In this document: one piece after another, positions 60,196 through 64,000 of the stretch
How positions within the stretch are numbered: the first letter of the stretch is position 1
Layout: each line of letters starts with the position of its first letter
Assembly (NCBI GenBank): GCA_020854815.1
Contig: JAHKLW010000005.1
Location: forward strand, 7,422-71,421
From: Methanofastidiosum sp.
GTDB taxonomy: Archaea; Methanobacteriota_B; Thermococci; Methanofastidiosales; Methanofastidiosaceae
Length of the DNA stretch: 64,000 bases
Reading direction: 5' to 3'
Position numbers and translations under genes: made by a program
The notes under the pieces: model-generated
The model's database searches: none
The model's input: the letters and a program-made list of their open reading frames with translations, nothing else
Told to the model about the DNA's origin: nothing

Positions 60196-61392
60196 GTGAT
60201 GACATTGAATGTTTCAGAAAGATCGTCAACGATAAGTTATGCTATTCGAGATGTAGTTGAATATGCAAGAAAACTTGAATCTAAAGGAGACACTATACTA
60301 AAATTAAATATAGGAGACCCATTAAAGTTTGACTTTAAAACTCCAGAACCTATGGTAGATGCCATCATCAATGCGGCTAGAGGCAGTTTTAACGGATATG
60401 AGGATTCTCTTGGAAATACAGAATTGAGAAGAGTCATTGCCGAAAGAGAATCTAAAAACAACGGAAAGATATATCTAGAAGATGTTGTTATAACTGCAGG
60501 CGTAACTGAAGGTGTCAATTTAGTCTTTGGTGCTACACTTGAGCCTGGGGACGAAGTGCTAGTTCCAGGCCCAGGTTACCCAACATATACGGCATATGCA
60601 AATTATTTTGGTGCAATTCCTATTCCATATAGGACTATTGAAGAAGAGAACTGGAACATCGACGTTCAAGACCTCAAATCTAAGATAACAGATAGGACAA
60701 AATGCATAGTCATAATAAATCCAAATAACCCCACAGGTGCAACATATTCTAAAAAAAATCTAAAAGAGATACTTGATATTGCTATTGAACATGATCTCTT
60801 TATTATTTCTGATGAGATATATGACAGAATCACATTTAAAGATTCTTTTGTGAGCCCGGCTTCCATGACTGATGAGGTTCCCATAATAACATTCAACGGT
60901 ATTTCAAAGATCTATCTTGCCCCGGGGTGGAGGGTTGGATATATGGCATTCTATAACTGGGATACCCTGTTTGATATAAAAGAGGGGATAATGAAGGAAC
61001 TTCGTGCAAGGATTTCTGCAAATTCAATATGCCAGGTGGGGGCTATTGAAGCTTATAAGAGTAGTGAAAAATACTTAGTAGAAATGGTCTCAAAGTTAAA
61101 GCAGAGGAGCGAATTTGCTTATAAGAGATTAAATGAAATCCCAGGGATAAGTACGGCAAAACCTATGGGTGGACTTTATATCTTTCCAAAAATTGAGCTA
61201 GAAAACAGGTGGAAGGATGATAAAGAGTTCGTATATGAATTTTTAAAAATGAAAAAAGTTCTTTTGGTCCACGGTAGTGGATTTTGCCCCACTTATGGAA
61301 AGGATCATTTTAGATCAGTTTTTCTGCCTCCAGTTGAAACAATGGAAGACGCTTTTTCGAGACTTGAAGATTTCATGAAAACTAAAAAATGA
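60196..61392 (+). CDS. Class I/II pyridoxal-phosphate aminotransferase (aspartate/alanine aminotransferase type)
   Basis: INPNNPTG is present, and SKIYLAPGWRVGY carries the PLP lysine context. The protein is 398 aa. The start is GTG at 60196 or ATG at 60199. Confidence 0.9.
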   Translation: MMTLNVSERSSTISYAIRDVVEYARKLESKGDTILKLNIGDPLKFDFKTPEPMVDAIINAARGSFNGYEDSLGNTELRRVIAERESKNNGKIYLEDVVITAGVTEGVNLVFGATLEPGDEVLVPGPGYPTYTAYANYFGAIPIPYRTIEEENWNIDVQDLKSKITDRTKCIVIINPNNPTGATYSKKNLKEILDIAIEHDLFIISDEIYDRITFKDSFVSPASMTDEVPIITFNGISKIYLAPGWRVGYMAFYNWDTLFDIKEGIMKELRARISANSICQVGAIEAYKSSEKYLVEMVSKLKQRSEFAYKRLNEIPGISTAKPMGGLYIFPKIELENRWKDDKEFVYEFLKMKKVLLVHGSGFCPTYGKDHFRSVFLPPVETMEDAFSRLEDFMKTKK

Positions 61393-61437
61393 TTTTTTAG
61401 AGATAATTATTTATATTTTAAATTTCTAATATATAAT

Positions 61438-61797
61438 ATGCGGGCTACAGATCCAGAAATTCTCGATGCCATTAAGAAAGTTCTAAGAGAAGACATAGTA
61501 ATTCACTCACAAAAAGAACTCTTTGAAAAGGTAAGAAAAAAGCTATCTGATAATGATGAAGTTAGAGTCTCGGCAGAGAGGATAAGGAGAGTTGCTAAAA
61601 AATATGGTGTAAGAGTTCAGGTCCATTCTCGTAAGGGCAAAGAAATAAAGATCTGCCCCTTTTGTGGAAAAGACCTTCAGGATATTATTTCTCAAGACCT
61701 ATTTGGTAGATCAACGACAATTGGCAAAGTTTGTAAGAGCTGTAAGTTTGAAATAGGACTTGGCAGAAGTCCTGCAAGATACATATTCAGAAGATAG
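61438..61797 (+). CDS. Hypothetical basic protein with C-terminal zinc ribbon
   Basis: It has CPFCGK...CKSCKF. The protein is 119 aa and no family was recognised. Confidence 0.5.
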   Translation: MRATDPEILDAIKKVLREDIVIHSQKELFEKVRKKLSDNDEVRVSAERIRRVAKKYGVRVQVHSRKGKEIKICPFCGKDLQDIISQDLFGRSTTIGKVCKSCKFEIGLGRSPARYIFRR

Positions 61798-61807
61798 AAT
61801 ATTGTAT

Positions 61808-62893
61808 CTAAAATCTGAAAAATCTTCTTTTCGATGTTGCTTCTTTAGTAATAGTTTCGGCAACACCTATAATCAGACCAATGATAATGGGCCCATAAAG
61901 CAGCCCTATCGGCCCAAGCATGTAGAATCCGCCAAATAGGCCTATCAGAATTATAAAGGGATGTAGTTCAGATTCTTTATCTCTAAATTTGGGATATAAA
62001 TAATGATTGTATAAAATAGTGAGTACTACCACACAATAAATTAAAAGGCCAAATCCCTTAAAATAATTTCCCAAATTGATATAGTAAACTGCCAATGGAA
62101 CAAAAACTATCCAAGAGCCTATAAGTGGGAGTAACGATGCAAGGAAGACTAAAAGGCCAAATAGAAATGAATAAGGAACGCCCAACAGTGTAAATCCAAT
62201 AATTGCAAGTAATCCAGTTACCATAGCGTTCATAATATTTCCATAAATTAATCCGTCGATAACTTTCTTTGTAGGTTGTAGTATTTCAATTAAGTCTTTG
62301 TGATATGAAGTAGGCATTATTTTACGGATAAATTCTTCAATAGATTCCCTTTCACTTAAGAAGTAATAGAGGGCTAGAAAAAGGATTACCATGTTTAATA
62401 ATGTCAAAGGTAGTTGACTCATTGTCTTTGAGAATAGTGCTGTTATATCTATTATCTGTGAAAATGTTTGGAGAATAAATTCATAAGCTGGAGATTCAGG
62501 TATATTTATCCCAAAAAAGCTTAGAATCGAGATATAGGATTGAGTTCTTAATATTTCAATCACTACATCAAGTTCGGAGAGCGCCTTAAATAATGCATAG
62601 AGTAATGCAACTAAGATAGGGGTGGATATGAAAAGAGTTGTGAATGCAGCAGATATATTGTTTCTTTTTATTTTGCTAAATATTCTATTATAGATGGGAA
62701 GGAATGTGTATGCAAACACAAAACCCCCAATTAATCCAGGTATGATTGGGTAGACTAGATATATTCCCGATACTAAGATAACTATAGATATGGCTATCTT
62801 GATGTAAGAAAGTTTATCCATTAAGGAATATATTATAAGGCCGTATTTAAGAGTTGCCCAAATTAAAAATAAAAATAAAATTAGAATTATCAA
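61808..62893 (-). CDS. AI-2E (PerM/UPF0118) family transporter
   Basis: The protein is 361 aa with about 8 TM. Its topology and Gly/Pro-rich C-terminal helices are typical of AI-2E family permeases. Confidence 0.7.
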   Translation of the reverse strand: MIILILFLFLIWATLKYGLIIYSLMDKLSYIKIAISIVILVSGIYLVYPIIPGLIGGFVFAYTFLPIYNRIFSKIKRNNISAAFTTLFISTPILVALLYALFKALSELDVVIEILRTQSYISILSFFGINIPESPAYEFILQTFSQIIDITALFSKTMSQLPLTLLNMVILFLALYYFLSERESIEEFIRKIMPTSYHKDLIEILQPTKKVIDGLIYGNIMNAMVTGLLAIIGFTLLGVPYSFLFGLLVFLASLLPLIGSWIVFVPLAVYYINLGNYFKGFGLLIYCVVVLTILYNHYLYPKFRDKESELHPFIILIGLFGGFYMLGPIGLLYGPIIIGLIIGVAETITKEATSKRRFFRF

Positions 62894-63834
62894 TCAGTTG
62901 GGCACTCTTCATCCCAAGGTCTGATGCATTTTTTAAGTCCTTCACACCATTGGTAACCTGATGCAACTAGACATCCGTGCTCATCAACGTCGCCGCCAAT
63001 TGTGCATGACTCTTCCCAGGTTCTGATGCACTTATTTTTGACCTCACACCATGTATAGCCTGCTGATTCTTTACATCCGTGCTCGTCGACATCCCCTCCG
63101 ATACTGCATGTTTCTTCAAAAGACCTGTAACATTTCTGTGTGTACTGACACCACTGGTATCCTGCTGCTATTAAGCATCCGTGGGCGTCTCTGTCTCCGC
63201 CTATTGGTTGTGTCTGAGTACATGACTCTTCCCATGACCTTAGACATTTCTGTTTGACTTCACACCACTCATATCCTGCTGCAATTAGGCATCCATGTGC
63301 ATCTCTGTCCCCACCTATTGGAGGTGCTGGCGGATCTGGAGTGCATGATTCTTCCCAAGACCTATAGCATTTCTGTTTGTATTCGCACCACTGGTATCCT
63401 GCTGCTATAAGGCATCCGTGGGCGTCTCTGTCTCCTCCAATGGGAGGTGATTCAGTACAATGCTCTTCCCAAGGTCGGATACATTTATTTTTTAAGGCAC
63501 ACCATTCTTCTCCATCATCAATCAAACAGCCGTGTACATCTTTATGTATCACAATAGAGCAATTTTCTTCCCATGGTCTGATGCATCTCTGTTTAATATC
63601 GCACCATGTGTACCCTGCACTACCAATGCATCCATGTTCATCCCTGTCACTGCCATATGGCTGCACGCATTCTTCCGGCGGTTTAATACATTTCTGTAAA
63701 GCGTTACACCAAGAATAACCTGAAGAGGTAATACATCCATGTTCATCCTTCTGTTCTTTTGGAGTTTGTGCACAGCCTAGTAGAAGTGATAATATCACCA
63801 TACTAGAAATCAGAATTATGTAAGTTTGTTTCAT
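62890..63834 (-). CDS. Lipoprotein-like secreted protein built from 8 tandem four-cysteine repeats
   Basis: It has a signal sequence and lipobox-like LLLGC, followed by 8 copies of D.HGC....GY.WC.....C.R.WEE.C separated by short Pro/Gly linkers. Confidence 0.8.
   Translation of the reverse strand: MKQTYIILISSMVILSLLLGCAQTPKEQKDEHGCITSSGYSWCNALQKCIKPPEECVQPYGSDRDEHGCIGSAGYTWCDIKQRCIRPWEENCSIVIHKDVHGCLIDDGEEWCALKNKCIRPWEEHCTESPPIGGDRDAHGCLIAAGYQWCEYKQKCYRSWEESCTPDPPAPPIGGDRDAHGCLIAAGYEWCEVKQKCLRSWEESCTQTQPIGGDRDAHGCLIAAGYQWCQYTQKCYRSFEETCSIGGDVDEHGCKESAGYTWCEVKNKCIRTWEESCTIGGDVDEHGCLVASGYQWCEGLKKCIRPWDEECPTD
62893..63747 (-). repeat. Intragenic tandem repeat array (8 units of about 100-120 bp)
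   Basis: Repeat units 4 and 6 are near-identical at the DNA level: 63149-63198 and 63386-63435 match at 48 of 50 nt by hand alignment. Confidence 0.8.
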
Positions 63835-63893
63835 CGGAAAAGTTAAGATTAAGAAATATATAAATGTTTTGATTAATTAGGCTGTGGGACATA

Positions 63894-64000
63894 ATTAACC
63901 TGCATTTAGCTTCAAAAGATTGTGCCAGAGCACGAGGCATGAGACGGTGCAGTTTATTCTGCCCGTTAACTTCTGCTCTATCTTCCAGCCAAATCGCCTC
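63894..64000 (-). other. Possible 3-prime end of a minus-strand gene running off the window (or a structured RNA); unresolved
   Basis: G+C is noticeably higher than in the flanking spacer. Two minus-strand frames are open from the window edge: ...RRFGWKIEQKLTGRINCTVSCLVLWHNLLKLNAG* ends at 63894, and ...EAIWLEDRAEVNGQNKLHRLMPRALAQSFEAK... continues further. Confidence 0.25.

Noticed and set aside
1-64000. CRISPR arrays, rRNA operons, IS elements, transposases, integrases, prophage blocks, and in-frame stop recoding (Sec/Pyl) or an alternative genetic code.
   Set aside because: There are no regularly spaced direct repeats of CRISPR type. No transposase or integrase motifs appear in any tracked ORF. 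All recognised genes read through with the standard code at expected lengths. The only interrupted gene is the mazF remnant.

Overview
This is an AT-rich (roughly one-third G+C by eye), very gene-dense archaeal chromosomal segment. I call about 70 protein genes, many with overlapping or abutting start/stop codons, and 3 tRNAs. I found no rRNA, no CRISPR array, and no recognisable transposase, integrase or IS element.

Archaeal origin is supported by:
- an initiator tRNA-Met with an A1:U72 pair;
- a class III (type IV pilin-like) signal peptide protein;
- ABCE1;
- the archaeal CoA route (pantoate kinase plus phosphopantothenate synthetase);
- mevalonate kinase plus an AcnX small subunit;
- a PIN-PilT-KH ATPase, KaiC-like ATPases and a Lhr helicase.

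Most of the window is housekeeping:
- Amino acid metabolism: asd, hom and an aminotransferase.
- Central and cofactor metabolism: ppsA, coaBC, birA.
- Isoprenoid and lipid genes: mvk, a polyprenyl synthase and a Tes-like radical SAM enzyme.
- Transporters: NitT/TauT-type ABC, NCS1, VUT/YhhQ, AI-2E, an ECF T component and a split RND/MMPL pair.

There is also a large load of secreted, C-terminally anchored envelope proteins: CARDB/COG1361-like proteins, an S-layer-like protein, an FG-GAP propeller and a Cys-rich repeat lipoprotein. Two small toxin-antitoxin loci are present, one with a frameshifted MazF-family toxin.

My best candidates for an uncharacterised system are:
1. A tightly packed six-gene operon (12483-16806): Lrp-like regulator, degenerate KaiC-like protein, two tiny polytopic membrane proteins, intact KaiC-like ATPase, and a PIN-PilT-KH ATPase. 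It is divergent from a pilin-like gene.
2. A translationally coupled S2P(CBS)-TraB-S2P protease triad (9362-11642).
3. An HPS-RraA fusion embedded in the CoA gene cluster.
4. A PadR / split-RND / COG1361 / S-layer-like envelope module.
5. An 8x four-cysteine repeat lipoprotein.

All family assignments come from motif recognition by eye and recalled family signatures. No searches or computations were run, and start codons are often uncertain because TTG and GTG starts are common in the ORF track.
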